Assembly: GCA_910579085.1 (NCBI GenBank)
Contig: CAJTRU010000001.1
Location: 1,421 to 65,420 of the forward strand
DNA: 64,000 nucleotides
Direction: 5' to 3'
Source of the DNA: an uncultured Lachnospiraceae bacterium
Lineage (GTDB): Bacteria > Bacillota > Clostridia > Lachnospirales > Lachnospiraceae
The translations under genes and the position numbers were made by a program. Each line of letters opens with the position of its first letter. Within the stretch, counting starts at the first letter, position 1. Under the pieces are notes generated by a model. The model saw only the letters and a list, made by a program, of their open reading frames with translations. It made no database searches and was not told the origin of the DNA. Of the stretch, positions 39,501 through 48,826 are shown one piece after another.

Positions 39501-39552
39501 TTGACAAAACTGTGCATATACTGTATATATTAATATATACAGTATATACACA
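39501..39552 (+). promoter_or_regulatory. promoter (TTGACA-17-TATATA) overlapped by a 42-bp near-perfect palindromic operator
   Basis: The -35 TTGACA is at 39501-39506 and the -10 at 39524-39529. The palindrome TGTGCATATACTGTATATATT|AATATATACAGTATATACACA spans 39511-39552 with one mismatched pair (39515/39548). It lies 22 nt upstream of the ABC gene start. Confidence 0.7.
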
Positions 39553-39573
39553 GTTATAAAGGAGGTATGTATT

Positions 39574-40476
39574 ATGCTTAAAGTAGAATACTTAGATAAA
39601 ACACTTTCCAATAAAAACAATACATTTAAACTAAATAATATATCTTTTACACTGCCTAAAGGATATATCTGTGGTATTATTGGTGAAAACGGCTCTGGCA
39701 AGTCTTCACTTATAAAATGCCTTGCAGGATTATACCGCCCTGATAATGGCAATATTTTTATCCAGGATGTGCCTTTCTATGAAAATGAAACAAAGAACAA
39801 AAATATGTTAGGGCTTGTCCTGGATAATAGCTTTTATAACCAGAACTTTACTTTAATCCAGATTGGCAGGTTTTATGGCAGCCTGTACAATGAATTTAAT
39901 TTTAACCAGTATCTTGGATATTTATCTTTATTCAATATAGACAGCAAAATAAAATTCAAGCATCTTTCTAAAGGTATGAAAACAAAAGTGCAGATTTCAT
40001 TTGCCTTATCACACAATGCAAAACTTTTCCTGTTTGATGAACCAGCAGACGGGCTAGACAAAAACTCACGGGAAGAATTAATAAAAATCTGTACAGGGCT
40101 TGTATCTGATGGTGAAAAATCTGTCCTGCTTTCCTCACATATAACAGAAGACCTGGACAGAATAGCTGATTACATTGGCTATATGCAGAATGGAAGCATG
40201 TTATTCTTTCTTCCAAAAGATACATTATGTGACAAGTTCAGGATTATTAAAGGGGAACATTATAAATGCCAGAATATCCCCAAAAATAAAATTGTATATA
40301 TGGAAAAATGCAAATATATAACAAGTACAATGGTTAAGGGCGGAAACAAATATTCATCAGATAAAACACTTGAAGTATACAAACCATGTATTGCTGAATT
40401 TATGTATTATTTTGTGAAAGGAGGAAAAGAAAATGCCAAAAATATTGCAAAGGACTTTATTAATGTCAATAGCTAA
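39574..40476 (+). CDS. ABC transporter ATP-binding protein with a C-terminal extension
   Basis: The 300-aa product has Walker A GENGSGKS, the signature LSKGMKTKV and Walker B LFLFDEP. Confidence 0.88.
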   Translation: MLKVEYLDKTLSNKNNTFKLNNISFTLPKGYICGIIGENGSGKSSLIKCLAGLYRPDNGNIFIQDVPFYENETKNKNMLGLVLDNSFYNQNFTLIQIGRFYGSLYNEFNFNQYLGYLSLFNIDSKIKFKHLSKGMKTKVQISFALSHNAKLFLFDEPADGLDKNSREELIKICTGLVSDGEKSVLLSSHITEDLDRIADYIGYMQNGSMLFFLPKDTLCDKFRIIKGEHYKCQNIPKNKIVYMEKCKYITSTMVKGGNKYSSDKTLEVYKPCIAEFMYYFVKGGKENAKNIAKDFINVNS

Positions 40477-41119
40477 TTACTTATTCAGCATATCCTTTTA
40501 TTATATAGCCTTTATTATTGCCAGTATTGTTTCCAGCAATAAGTTTGGAATTCTGGAAAACAGGTATTCTGCAATTTTTTTCCTTATATTTGCACTGGAA
40601 TTTTATTATACAAGAATTCCAGACTATATATTTATTGCCCCTTTTTCCAGAAATGAAAGAATGTTACTGCAAAAAAAGCTATTTTTATATAACCTTTTTG
40701 CAACATGGATTATAACCTCAGTAATTATTGTATTACCAGATTTAATAACATCAATTATTAAGAATAATATTTATAACCTGGGCAAATCAGTATTTATAAT
40801 AGTTGTAATATATTCCCTGTTATTTGTAGCAGGGCACTTTAAATATTTTAATCTTATAAATAAAAAAAATTATAAACTTACAGGAGTGCTTACATATACA
40901 TTTATACTGGCAGACTCTTCAGTTATTGCTGCTATTGCCATAGATGCAGATACTGGCATATTTACATATATAATTACCGGGGTTACTGGTATTTCTGCAA
41001 TTATTGTTTCATTATACTATTACAAAAAACATTTTAAAAATATGCTTGAATTCTATTCTGATTATGAATTTAAAATACAATATAATAATTATAAACTTTT
41101 TGAAAGAACAAGGAAATAA
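40433..41119 (+). CDS. multi-TM membrane protein (putative ABC-2-type permease partner)
   Basis: The 228-aa ORF has a GGAGG RBS 8 nt upstream and about six hydrophobic segments. It overlaps the upstream ATPase gene. Confidence 0.6.
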   Translation: MPKILQRTLLMSIANYLFSISFYYIAFIIASIVSSNKFGILENRYSAIFFLIFALEFYYTRIPDYIFIAPFSRNERMLLQKKLFLYNLFATWIITSVIIVLPDLITSIIKNNIYNLGKSVFIIVVIYSLLFVAGHFKYFNLINKKNYKLTGVLTYTFILADSSVIAAIAIDADTGIFTYIITGVTGISAIIVSLYYYKKHFKNMLEFYSDYEFKIQYNNYKLFERTRK

Positions 41120-41127
41120 GGTAATAT

Positions 41128-41502
41128 ATGAAAATATTAATCTCAACAACAAAAAACATGCCTATCTATGAGCAGATTACAAACCAGATACGCGATGCTG
41201 TTATAAACGGGGAATTAAAGCCAGGCGAAGGCATGCCTTCAATAAGGATATTAGCTAAAGACCTGCAAGTCAGTGTTATAACCACAAAACGTGCATACGA
41301 AGAACTTGAAAAGGAAGGTGTAATTGAAGCCAGGCAAGGCAAGGGTTTTTATGTCTGCCACCAGAATAATGACCACCTGCGTGAAAAACAAATAATGAAT
41401 ATAGAAAACCGGCTGCTGGATTTAATAAAAGAAAGTAAAAATGCAGGAATGGGACTTGATGATATTATTGAATTAGTCCGCATGTTATATGATGAAAAAT
41501 AA
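41128..41502 (+). CDS. GntR-family transcriptional regulator (short YtrA-like subfamily)
   Basis: The 124-aa product contains PIYEQITNQIRDAVINGELKPGEGMPSIRILAKDLQVSVITTKRAYEELEKEGVI, a typical GntR winged helix. Confidence 0.88.
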   Translation: MKILISTTKNMPIYEQITNQIRDAVINGELKPGEGMPSIRILAKDLQVSVITTKRAYEELEKEGVIEARQGKGFYVCHQNNDHLREKQIMNIENRLLDLIKESKNAGMGLDDIIELVRMLYDEK

Positions 41503-41551
41503 AACAAGGCTTAAATATAAAGTAATACATAAATGGAGGAAACAGGTTATT

Positions 41552-42199
41552 ATGGAAAATATAATCGTTAAAATTCAGAATGCATCTGTAAGTTTTAAAA
41601 ACTTCACATTGCATCCTGCAAATATTGAGATACCAGAAGGCTTTATTACTGGTATAACTGGTGCAAATGGTGCTGGAAAAACTACATTTATCCAAATGGT
41701 TCTTGGCTGCTTTCCAAAAATGAATGGCACTGTCACAATAAAAGGCTCTGACGTAATAAAGGAACGCCAGAAAGCACTTGCAATGACAGGCGTTATCTCA
41801 GAAAAAAGAACTTTTTATGAGGATGAAGATGCACTTAAAAATGAAGAATATTTCTCCTCTTTTTATAAAAACTGGGATAAAAAAATTTATAGGGAATATC
41901 TTAAAAAAATGAACATTTCCCCTAGTAAAAATATAGGAAATCTTTCAAAAGGTGAAAGGATAAAATTCCAGCTCGCTTTTTCGGCAGCATATAAACCCGC
42001 TTTACTTATAATGGATGAACCAGCTTCAGGTTTAGACCCTGTATTTAGAACAGATTTCTTTAAAATCCTCCAGGAATTCGTGGCGGAATATATGGCCACA
42101 ATTATTATTTCTGACAATGTAACAGAAAACCTGGAACAAATTGCCGATTATTTAATTACAATAAAAAATGGGGAATGTAGCTGGAAGGAGGTTATTTAA
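41552..42199 (+). CDS. ABC transporter ATP-binding protein
   Basis: The start was reassigned to MENIIVKIQNASVSF. Walker A GANGAGKT, signature LSKGERIKF and Walker B LLIMDEP are present. Confidence 0.85.
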   Translation: MENIIVKIQNASVSFKNFTLHPANIEIPEGFITGITGANGAGKTTFIQMVLGCFPKMNGTVTIKGSDVIKERQKALAMTGVISEKRTFYEDEDALKNEEYFSSFYKNWDKKIYREYLKKMNISPSKNIGNLSKGERIKFQLAFSAAYKPALLIMDEPASGLDPVFRTDFFKILQEFVAEYMATIIISDNVTENLEQIADYLITIKNGECSWKEVI

Positions 42200-42711
42200 T
42201 GATTACATTAAAACAGATTGTATACAAAGAAATATCTGAAATGAAAGAACGGCGCAAAAAAGAAACCTTTGGGACTTATTATATTTTTTATGTCCTTGCA
42301 ATAATTTGTACAATTATAACATTTATACTTTCTATACCTGGTGATGAACCTTTTGACATAATTTATTTTTATATTGCCTTATGGTCTGGATATATATCTT
42401 TATCATTCCTGTACCAGTATTTATATAGAATTAAAGAAAACGGAACTATAAATAATATATTTTTAAAATATAAATTTATCCCTTTAGATATGGATACACT
42501 GTTCCTTGCCAAAATCATAGTCCTGGCAAGGTTTATAACAATACATATACTGCCAGCCCAGATACTGGCATTTATATACAGGGTATATTGTGTTTACAAA
42601 TACAGGTGTAATTTTTTTGACCCGCTGTTATTTATTCCTGCAATAACAGGAATAATATATTTTATAATTTTCACCACAATAATTTACAAATACAGGCGGG
42701 CAGCAAAATAG
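42199..42711 (+). CDS. small multi-TM membrane protein (putative transporter partner)
   Basis: The 170-aa ORF has an AGGAGG RBS. Its start overlaps the upstream stop (TAATG). It has four hydrophobic segments. Confidence 0.6.
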   Translation: MITLKQIVYKEISEMKERRKKETFGTYYIFYVLAIICTIITFILSIPGDEPFDIIYFYIALWSGYISLSFLYQYLYRIKENGTINNIFLKYKFIPLDMDTLFLAKIIVLARFITIHILPAQILAFIYRVYCVYKYRCNFFDPLLFIPAITGIIYFIIFTTIIYKYRRAAK

Positions 42712-42727
42712 CCTGCCTGTATTATAT

Positions 42728-43033
42728 TTATTCATCCTCATTAATTTTATTCCACAGCCTTGCATCAAGCTTTTCCTCATAGGCATCTGCTGCTATATCG
42801 TACTCTTCTTCGTCTGTTATATCTTCTATCTCAAAATCATCATTTCCTAAATCCCTTATCCTGAAAACATAATACTCTGTAATATTTTCAACATCTGCTG
42901 GAATTGCAGCAGCATAAAGCCTGCCATCTGCTTCATATATTTCATCAATATAAAAATCCCTTTCATTGCCATATTCGTCCGTTAATGTCACCATAGTTTC
43001 TTCAAATTCATATTCACTGTAATTATCTGCCAT
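42728..43033 (-). CDS. DUF1292-family acidic protein
   Basis: The 101-aa product contains VTLTDEYGNERDFYIDEIYEADGRLYAAAIP, a pattern typical of DUF1292 (from memory). Confidence 0.7.
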   Translation of the reverse strand: MADNYSEYEFEETMVTLTDEYGNERDFYIDEIYEADGRLYAAAIPADVENITEYYVFRIRDLGNDDFEIEDITDEEEYDIAADAYEEKLDARLWNKINEDE

Positions 43034-43247
43034 AAATATATCCTTTCCTGTTATAAAACAAATGTTCTGATAACCTGCACATTGCCTGTTTTATTTATTA
43101 TAGCGTCAAATATGTAGTGGCGCAAGTAAACCCTCCCATTTTTTACACTATAAATTTATACATGATTTCCTACAACATGAAGATAATATTTTACTGCTTT
43201 AAAAATATTTACTGTAACTGATAACCATACAAGATTGGAGGATTACC

Positions 43248-43712
43248 ATGATTGGAAATAATTGTTGTACCAGCCCTGGAACCCTTGCTATGGCATCCTG
43301 CCCAAAGCAGGAGTGGTGCGGGCTTTATGACTGGGATACTGCCCTTAAAGAGGGTACAATTTTTACCTGTTTAAACCTTCCAGTATATTTTGCAGATACA
43401 GGAAGCAGCAGCCTGGACACAAGAGGCTCTGCATTAGACCCTGTACAACAGGAAAGGGAAACCCTTATGGGAAAAATTTCAGCCATAAGTTTTGCAATTA
43501 ATGACCTTACACTTTATCTTGATACACATCCAGATTGTCCTGATGGAACCCCGCTGTTCCACCAGCTTTCCAAAGAACGTATGGATTTATTAACAGAATA
43601 TGCAAGTAAGTATAATCCTTTAACACAGCTTTCAATGGTTACTGCTGGTTTAGATAATAATAAATATGCATGGGGAGAAGGCCCTATGCCTTGGGAAGGA
43701 GGCTGTATATAA
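43248..43712 (+). CDS. fused CotJA-CotJB spore-coat-associated protein
   Basis: A single 154-aa ORF has a GGAGGA RBS. The N-terminal ALKEGTIFTCLNLPVY is CotJA-like and the C-terminal ISFAINDLTLYLDTHPDCPDG...YASKYNPLT is CotJB-like. The stop overlaps the cotJC ATG (TAATG). Confidence 0.75.
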   Translation: MIGNNCCTSPGTLAMASCPKQEWCGLYDWDTALKEGTIFTCLNLPVYFADTGSSSLDTRGSALDPVQQERETLMGKISAISFAINDLTLYLDTHPDCPDGTPLFHQLSKERMDLLTEYASKYNPLTQLSMVTAGLDNNKYAWGEGPMPWEGGCI

Positions 43713-44335
43713 TGTGGGCTTATGAAAAAAGACTCCAGTTTCCTGTTAAAATCAAGAAAACATGCCCTAAAACTGCACAGTTAATTATAAGCCAGTATGG
43801 CGGGCCTGATGGAGAATTAAGTGCTTCCATGCGCTATCTTGCACAGCGTTATACCATGCCTGTTAAAAAAGTCGGCGGGCTTCTGACTGATATAGGTACA
43901 GAAGAAATAAACCATATGGAAATAATATGCGCAATAGTATACCAGCTTACGCGTGATTTAACCCCTGAGGATGCAAAAACGGCTGGCTTTGATGCCTATT
44001 ATATTGACCACACAAAAGCACTCTGGCCACAGGCAGCAGCAGGTGTTCCTTTTACTTCCCTGGAATTCCAGTCAAAAGGTGACCCTTTTGCTGATTTATT
44101 TGAAGACCTTGCAGCCGAGCAGAAAGCACGCACTGTATATGACAACCTTCTGCGTGTAATAGAAGACCCTGATGTACGTGCACCTTTAAAGTTCCTGCGT
44201 GCAAGGGAAATTGTGCATTTCCAGCGTTTTGGTGAAGCACTTGAAATGACCAAAAGCAATCTTAGCCATGATAATTATTACTATTTCAATGCAGAATTTG
44301 ATAAAAAGTTTTATAAACCAGAAGAACATTGTTAA
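43712..44335 (+). CDS. cotJC: CotJC manganese-catalase-family spore coat protein
   Basis: The start was reassigned to MWAYEKRLQFPVKIKK. Ferritin-like metal-binding motifs are present (GELSASMRYLAQRY, EEINHMEI, REIVHFQRF). Confidence 0.88.
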   Translation: MWAYEKRLQFPVKIKKTCPKTAQLIISQYGGPDGELSASMRYLAQRYTMPVKKVGGLLTDIGTEEINHMEIICAIVYQLTRDLTPEDAKTAGFDAYYIDHTKALWPQAAAGVPFTSLEFQSKGDPFADLFEDLAAEQKARTVYDNLLRVIEDPDVRAPLKFLRAREIVHFQRFGEALEMTKSNLSHDNYYYFNAEFDKKFYKPEEHC

Positions 44336-44387
44336 TACTATATTATAAACACTTTTTATTAATTAAAACAGGTGAAAGGATTTTAAA

Positions 44388-45107
44388 ATGAACAAGCATA
44401 AAAATTACCATATGTATGGTATTCTTGCCATTGTTATATTAATATTGCTAATTATTTTCTTTAGCCTCTACATTGGACGGAATACAAATGGCAGTTCTGC
44501 TTCAAAAGCATCACCACCCGCCTCTTCACCTGGGACAGATATTATAAAAGATGCGGGTGATGATGCAGAAGTAACTGCCTATCTCGGAGAACAGGACACA
44601 ATTATTTCTGATATGCTAGAAAATATGCGTGTTAAACAATCTGGAAGTGCTGAACTTGACTTTCTTATAAGCATGATACCTCATTATGAAGCTTCTGTAG
44701 ACCTGTCTAAAAGTTATCTTATATTAGGCGGCAAAAACAAAAAGCTTAAAGAGCTTGCCAGGGAAATAATTGATAAACATCTGGAAGAAATAGAAAATAT
44801 GCGTGAATTAATAAAGGAAATCCAGAAACAGGATATAACGGACAGTGAAAAAGAAAAAAAATATCTTAAAGTTTATAACAAAATTATTTACGCCCACCAG
44901 CATATATCTGATGAAACTGATGCAAGCAGCAGTGTTGAAGAAGCTTATATAGAAGGAATGGTTATACACCACCAGATGGCGGCTGATATGGCAGAAACAA
45001 TCTTAAAATATTCATCGCACAGGGAAATATGTAATATTGCCGAAGAAATTTTTGAAACCCAGAAAGAAGAAACCACCAAAATGGAAGAAATTTTTAATGA
45101 TATGTAA
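44388..45107 (+). CDS. membrane-anchored DUF305-family protein
   Basis: The 239-aa product has an N-terminal TM segment and two DUF305-like helical repeats (DFLISMIPHYEASV, IEGMVIHHQMAADMAE). Confidence 0.7.
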   Translation: MNKHKNYHMYGILAIVILILLIIFFSLYIGRNTNGSSASKASPPASSPGTDIIKDAGDDAEVTAYLGEQDTIISDMLENMRVKQSGSAELDFLISMIPHYEASVDLSKSYLILGGKNKKLKELAREIIDKHLEEIENMRELIKEIQKQDITDSEKEKKYLKVYNKIIYAHQHISDETDASSSVEEAYIEGMVIHHQMAADMAETILKYSSHREICNIAEEIFETQKEETTKMEEIFNDM

Positions 45108-45111
45108 ACAA

Positions 45112-45156
45112 ACGCAGCCTGCATTATTTGAAATAAAGCAGGCTGTGTTTTATTTT
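45112..45156 (+). terminator. rho-independent terminator
   Basis: The stem CAGCCTGC (45115-45122) pairs with GCAGGCTG (45138-45145) and is followed by TGTTTTATTTT. Confidence 0.7.
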
Positions 45157-45174
45157 AAAATATTAATTAAAGAT

Positions 45175-46095
45175 TTATTTATTGCTCAAAGCAGTAAGTT
45201 CTTCTAACATGTCCTTAAGGCCTGTTTCCATATTTTCATCAGAAAACTGGCATGTACCAACTTTTTTATGTCCTCCGCCATTATATTTAAGCATAAGGCT
45301 TCCCACATCAACAGTGCATGTCTTATTAAGTATACTATATCCAACAGCAGCGCTGCATCCCTTGCCACCACGGCCACTTACAATCCATGCAGAAATATTC
45401 TGTTCTGGATACATACTGTAAATCATAAAACGGTTACCAGAATATATAGGGTCTACACCGCGCAAATCAGATATTATCAGTTTGCCATCCACTTTTGTAT
45501 ACTTTTTGACCATTTCCTTAAACTTCTCTGTCTGCTCAAAATAAACATCTATGCGTTCTTTAACATCTGGAAGCGCAAGTATCTCCTCTGTAGTCATTGT
45601 ACGGCATGCATCTATAAGCTTTTCCATAAGCTGGTAATTTGAAATGGTAAATTCACGCCAGCGTCCAAGCCCTGTACGTGGGTCCATAAGAAATCCTATT
45701 AAAATCCAGCCTTCAGGGTTCTGTACTTCATCAATTGACAGGTTTCCTGAATCAACCTTATCAACCGCTTCCATCATATCATCAAATTGTGGGAACTTCT
45801 CCCTGCCTCCATAGTATTCATAAATAATACGGGCACATGATGGTGTAATGCGGCTTTCACCTTTATATTTCCCCTCAAGCTGCAATCTCTCATGTTCACT
45901 TGAATGATGGTCAAACCATAAACCGCATCCCTCCACAAATGGTACATTGGCAAGACAGTCATTTTCATTAACCTCAACAAGGCCATCCTGGAGGTCCTTT
46001 GGATGTGCAAATTTCCAACTGTCAATTATACCTGCTTCCTTAAGAAGTGCCCCACATGCAAGACCATCAAAATCTGAACGTGTAATTAACCTCAT
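45175..46095 (-). CDS. DHH-like phosphoesterase (family often annotated exopolyphosphatase)
   Basis: The 306-aa ORF has a GGAGAG RBS. It contains TRSDFDGLACGALL and WFDHHSSE (DHH-type motifs). The annotation is recalled, not verified. Confidence 0.55.
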   Translation of the reverse strand: MRLITRSDFDGLACGALLKEAGIIDSWKFAHPKDLQDGLVEVNENDCLANVPFVEGCGLWFDHHSSEHERLQLEGKYKGESRITPSCARIIYEYYGGREKFPQFDDMMEAVDKVDSGNLSIDEVQNPEGWILIGFLMDPRTGLGRWREFTISNYQLMEKLIDACRTMTTEEILALPDVKERIDVYFEQTEKFKEMVKKYTKVDGKLIISDLRGVDPIYSGNRFMIYSMYPEQNISAWIVSGRGGKGCSAAVGYSILNKTCTVDVGSLMLKYNGGGHKKVGTCQFSDENMETGLKDMLEELTALSNK

Positions 46096-46196
46096 TTTAA
46101 TCTCTCCTTTTCAGTTATTCTTTCATTTTAATGCTATCTGCAGCAAATAAATATTTATATTATAACATACTGGAATATCATGTGCACCATTTTTTT

Positions 46197-47718
46197 AATT
46201 ATAACTTCAATTAGTCTTTTGGACATAATGCAAAAAAACTGTTATAATCATATGGGGAAATATTCTGATATAAAGGCAGGGAATAGCATTATGGTACAGA
46301 TTAGTGAAAAAGATAAGGAAAAAGTACTTGGAGCACTACATTCAGGTAAAATAGATACTGCGGAACTGGCAATGCCAGCCCTTGCTGATTCTATTATGCT
46401 TACCATGAAACATCATGGTTTTCTTGAACCATTTAATGAGGCATTTAAGGATAAACGCAGTGATAACCTCCATATACCTTCAAATATACTGCTGGCACTT
46501 GCCATTACTGCAAAACTGAAACAAAAAACAAGCCTTACAGATATCCCTTTTGCAGTTTCAGATGCAGGGCTGCTTGCAGAACTTGGCTGGAATACATGGG
46601 ATTATGGGCGTAATGTAACTGAAGGGCTCTTTTCTGAAAGTGTAATGCGTAAACTTGTAAAAAAATACAACAGTGAAGAACTGGTTTCTTTTTATAACCA
46701 TTATGTGCAGGATTATGCATTAGAAAACCTTGGCGTACAGCCATGCATACATATACTGGACTGTACTAAAATCCCTGTTAACCTTAGTAATACAAATTAT
46801 GAAAATTCCTCTGTTGTAACCATAGACGGTGAAACCATGCGTGGATACAAGCTTGGTGTACTGCGTGGCGTCATGGATGATTCAGGCGTAGCAGAAGAAA
46901 TTGTCTTTGGTACTTTAAAAACCCATGATATGGAATTATGCAGGGAAATGTTAAAAAACACTCCATGTTTCCATGAAAATGACATCTTAATAAATGACAG
47001 GGGGTTCCTGTCACGTGAAATGGCAAATTACCTTAAAACAGAACGTAAAGTTGACACATATATCCCTGCAAGGGAAAACATGGACATATTTAAAGACGCA
47101 GTATCACTGGCTGTTTCCAGTGGTAAATGGCAGAAACACCCAGATAAAAAAAGAAAAGACCAGGAAATACAGCTTGTAAAGTCCCTTGGACTGTTATGGG
47201 CAAGTGACACCCCTGAAAAAGATGTCCCTGTCAATGCTTGTGTTGTGCATGACAAAAAAGCAGACAAGTTCTTTGTTTTTATGACCACTGATACCACAAA
47301 AACTGCGCGCCAGATTATCCAGATATATGAACTGCGCCCAGAAATAGAAGAAGACTTCCGCCAGATGAAAGATTTCTGGAAATTAAGCAGTTTTAAAAGT
47401 ACAAAATACAATTATATTACTTTCCATATTATAATGACCCTGGCCGGCTACCTTTTCTTCCAGATATACAAAAACCTTGAAGAAGGGCAGGCTTACACAG
47501 GCAAATCCTTGCCTGTCGTTGCCAAAAACTACAAAGAAACCAAACCAAAAGAGGTAGTTGTATACGTGGGACAGTATTTTGGTATTTTCCCATTCCTTGA
47601 ATTTTTAAAAATCTATGCAGAATGCACATTAGAAGTAAGACAGCTTCTTGACCCGGTTCTTGCTAAAGTATAGCATGTTTTTTATAATATTTTCAAAAGA
47701 CTAATTGAAGTTGTAAAT
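46197..47718 (+). mobile_element. IS4-family insertion sequence, apparently intact
   Basis: Perfect 19-bp terminal inverted repeats: AACTTCAATTAGTCTTTTG at 46203-46221 and CAAAAGACTAATTGAAGTT at 47694-47712. They bracket a single DDE transposase gene. The outer boundaries are uncertain by about 6 nt, and no clear target duplication was resolved. Confidence 0.8.
46291..47673 (+). CDS. IS4-family DDE transposase
   Basis: Candidate DDE residues lie in HILDCTK, LINDRGF and the Y(2)R(3)E(6)K signature IYELRPEIEEDFRQMK. The start is uncertain (46252 or 46291); the track ORF start at 46180 lies outside the left IR. Confidence 0.85.
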   Translation: MVQISEKDKEKVLGALHSGKIDTAELAMPALADSIMLTMKHHGFLEPFNEAFKDKRSDNLHIPSNILLALAITAKLKQKTSLTDIPFAVSDAGLLAELGWNTWDYGRNVTEGLFSESVMRKLVKKYNSEELVSFYNHYVQDYALENLGVQPCIHILDCTKIPVNLSNTNYENSSVVTIDGETMRGYKLGVLRGVMDDSGVAEEIVFGTLKTHDMELCREMLKNTPCFHENDILINDRGFLSREMANYLKTERKVDTYIPARENMDIFKDAVSLAVSSGKWQKHPDKKRKDQEIQLVKSLGLLWASDTPEKDVPVNACVVHDKKADKFFVFMTTDTTKTARQIIQIYELRPEIEEDFRQMKDFWKLSSFKSTKYNYITFHIIMTLAGYLFFQIYKNLEEGQAYTGKSLPVVAKNYKETKPKEVVVYVGQYFGIFPFLEFLKIYAECTLEVRQLLDPVLAKV

Positions 47719-47812
47719 TTGTGGTGACAGGTTTTTTTATAAGGAATATTATAACCCTGTCACAAAAACTATTCATCAATCTACAAAAACACATTATAAC
47801 TGCAAATCCCTG
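47719..47812. repeat. right half of a short foldback-family copy, adjacent to the IS4 right end
   Basis: The sequence AAATTTGTGGTGACAGG...CCTGTCAC...ACAAAAACACATTATAACTGCAAAT parallels 20440-20460 and 20650-20674. The terminal block overlaps the last codons and the stop of the AraC gene. Confidence 0.65.
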
Positions 47813-48690
47813 TAACTGTTGGGTGTTATATTATAATGCTCTTTAAATTTCCGGCAAAAATACCCAGGGCTGGTAAAGCCGCACTCATCTGCTATTACAG
47901 AAATTGTTTTTTCAGTAGAAGACAGCAGCTTTGCAGCATGTGCCAGCCTGTATTCTATAAGGTATGATACTGGGGAAGTACAAATACCGTTTTTAAAGAT
48001 ATAGAGGGCATTGTTCTTACTAACGGACACAGATGCAGCGATATCATCAAGTGAAATTTGTTCCTGGAAGTGTGTGTGTATAAATTGTATCATAATATAA
48101 AGTTTTGACTGCTGGCTTATTTTATAGTTTCTGGTGGATGGGCTGCTGGTGTCTTTGCAGTTCTGGTATAATAGCTGCCACATCTGGTAAAGTGACTGCA
48201 CTGTTTCCAATTCTGGATTTGAATTATTTTCTTGTATATAAAATATATGGTTTAGAATTTTTATTACTTTATCCTGCCATTCTGTATAAGGACTAAAAAT
48301 CTGGAATGTAATAGACGAATGTATGACAGGGCTGATATATTTCTGGTAAATATGGCTTTGGGCAGAAGCCAGCAAAAGTGGTGAAAAAACAATATTAGGA
48401 AAAATAACAGTTTCCGTAGCTTCAAAACGGTGAATAACACCACTATTAATAAACATTCCATATCCGCTTTGTAATTCAATTTTATCTGCACCTATATAGC
48501 ATATTGCTTTTCCCTTTGTTACATATACAAATTCTAATTCAGGATGCCAGTGCCAGCCTATACAATGCAAATCAAACTGCCAGATGTCTTCTAAATAGTA
48601 AGCAAAGGGATATTGTGCATTTCCGTGTTGCACGTTTTCAAGGTAAGTATCATCAGTGCTTACCGCAGAATAGTTATTAAAAGGCTTCAT
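47794..48690 (-). CDS. AraC-family transcriptional regulator (cupin sensor plus HTH)
   Basis: An N-terminal cupin-like domain is followed by the C-terminal HTH_18 pattern (SLDDIAASVSVSKNNALYIFK...GFTSPGYFCRKFKEHYNITPNSYR). The start is either the ATG at 48690 or the GTG at 48702. Confidence 0.85.
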   Translation of the reverse strand: MKPFNNYSAVSTDDTYLENVQHGNAQYPFAYYLEDIWQFDLHCIGWHWHPELEFVYVTKGKAICYIGADKIELQSGYGMFINSGVIHRFEATETVIFPNIVFSPLLLASAQSHIYQKYISPVIHSSITFQIFSPYTEWQDKVIKILNHIFYIQENNSNPELETVQSLYQMWQLLYQNCKDTSSPSTRNYKISQQSKLYIMIQFIHTHFQEQISLDDIAASVSVSKNNALYIFKNGICTSPVSYLIEYRLAHAAKLLSSTEKTISVIADECGFTSPGYFCRKFKEHYNITPNSYRDLQL

Positions 48691-48826
48691 ATGTAATATC
48701 ACACTCCAGAAATTTTTTGTGTTATTTTACCATAAGTAAGTGATTATGTGCAATGAATATTGAAAAGGACAATGATATAATTCATAAATAAAATAATTCT
48801 TTTTGATACAGGAAAGGGGATATAAA

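Noticed and set aside
39372-39752. 126-aa minus-strand ORF spanning the ABC promoter/operator
   Set aside because: It crosses the palindromic operator and the start of a well-supported ABC ATPase gene on the other strand, has no RBS, and overlaps the 39104..39409 gene in another frame.
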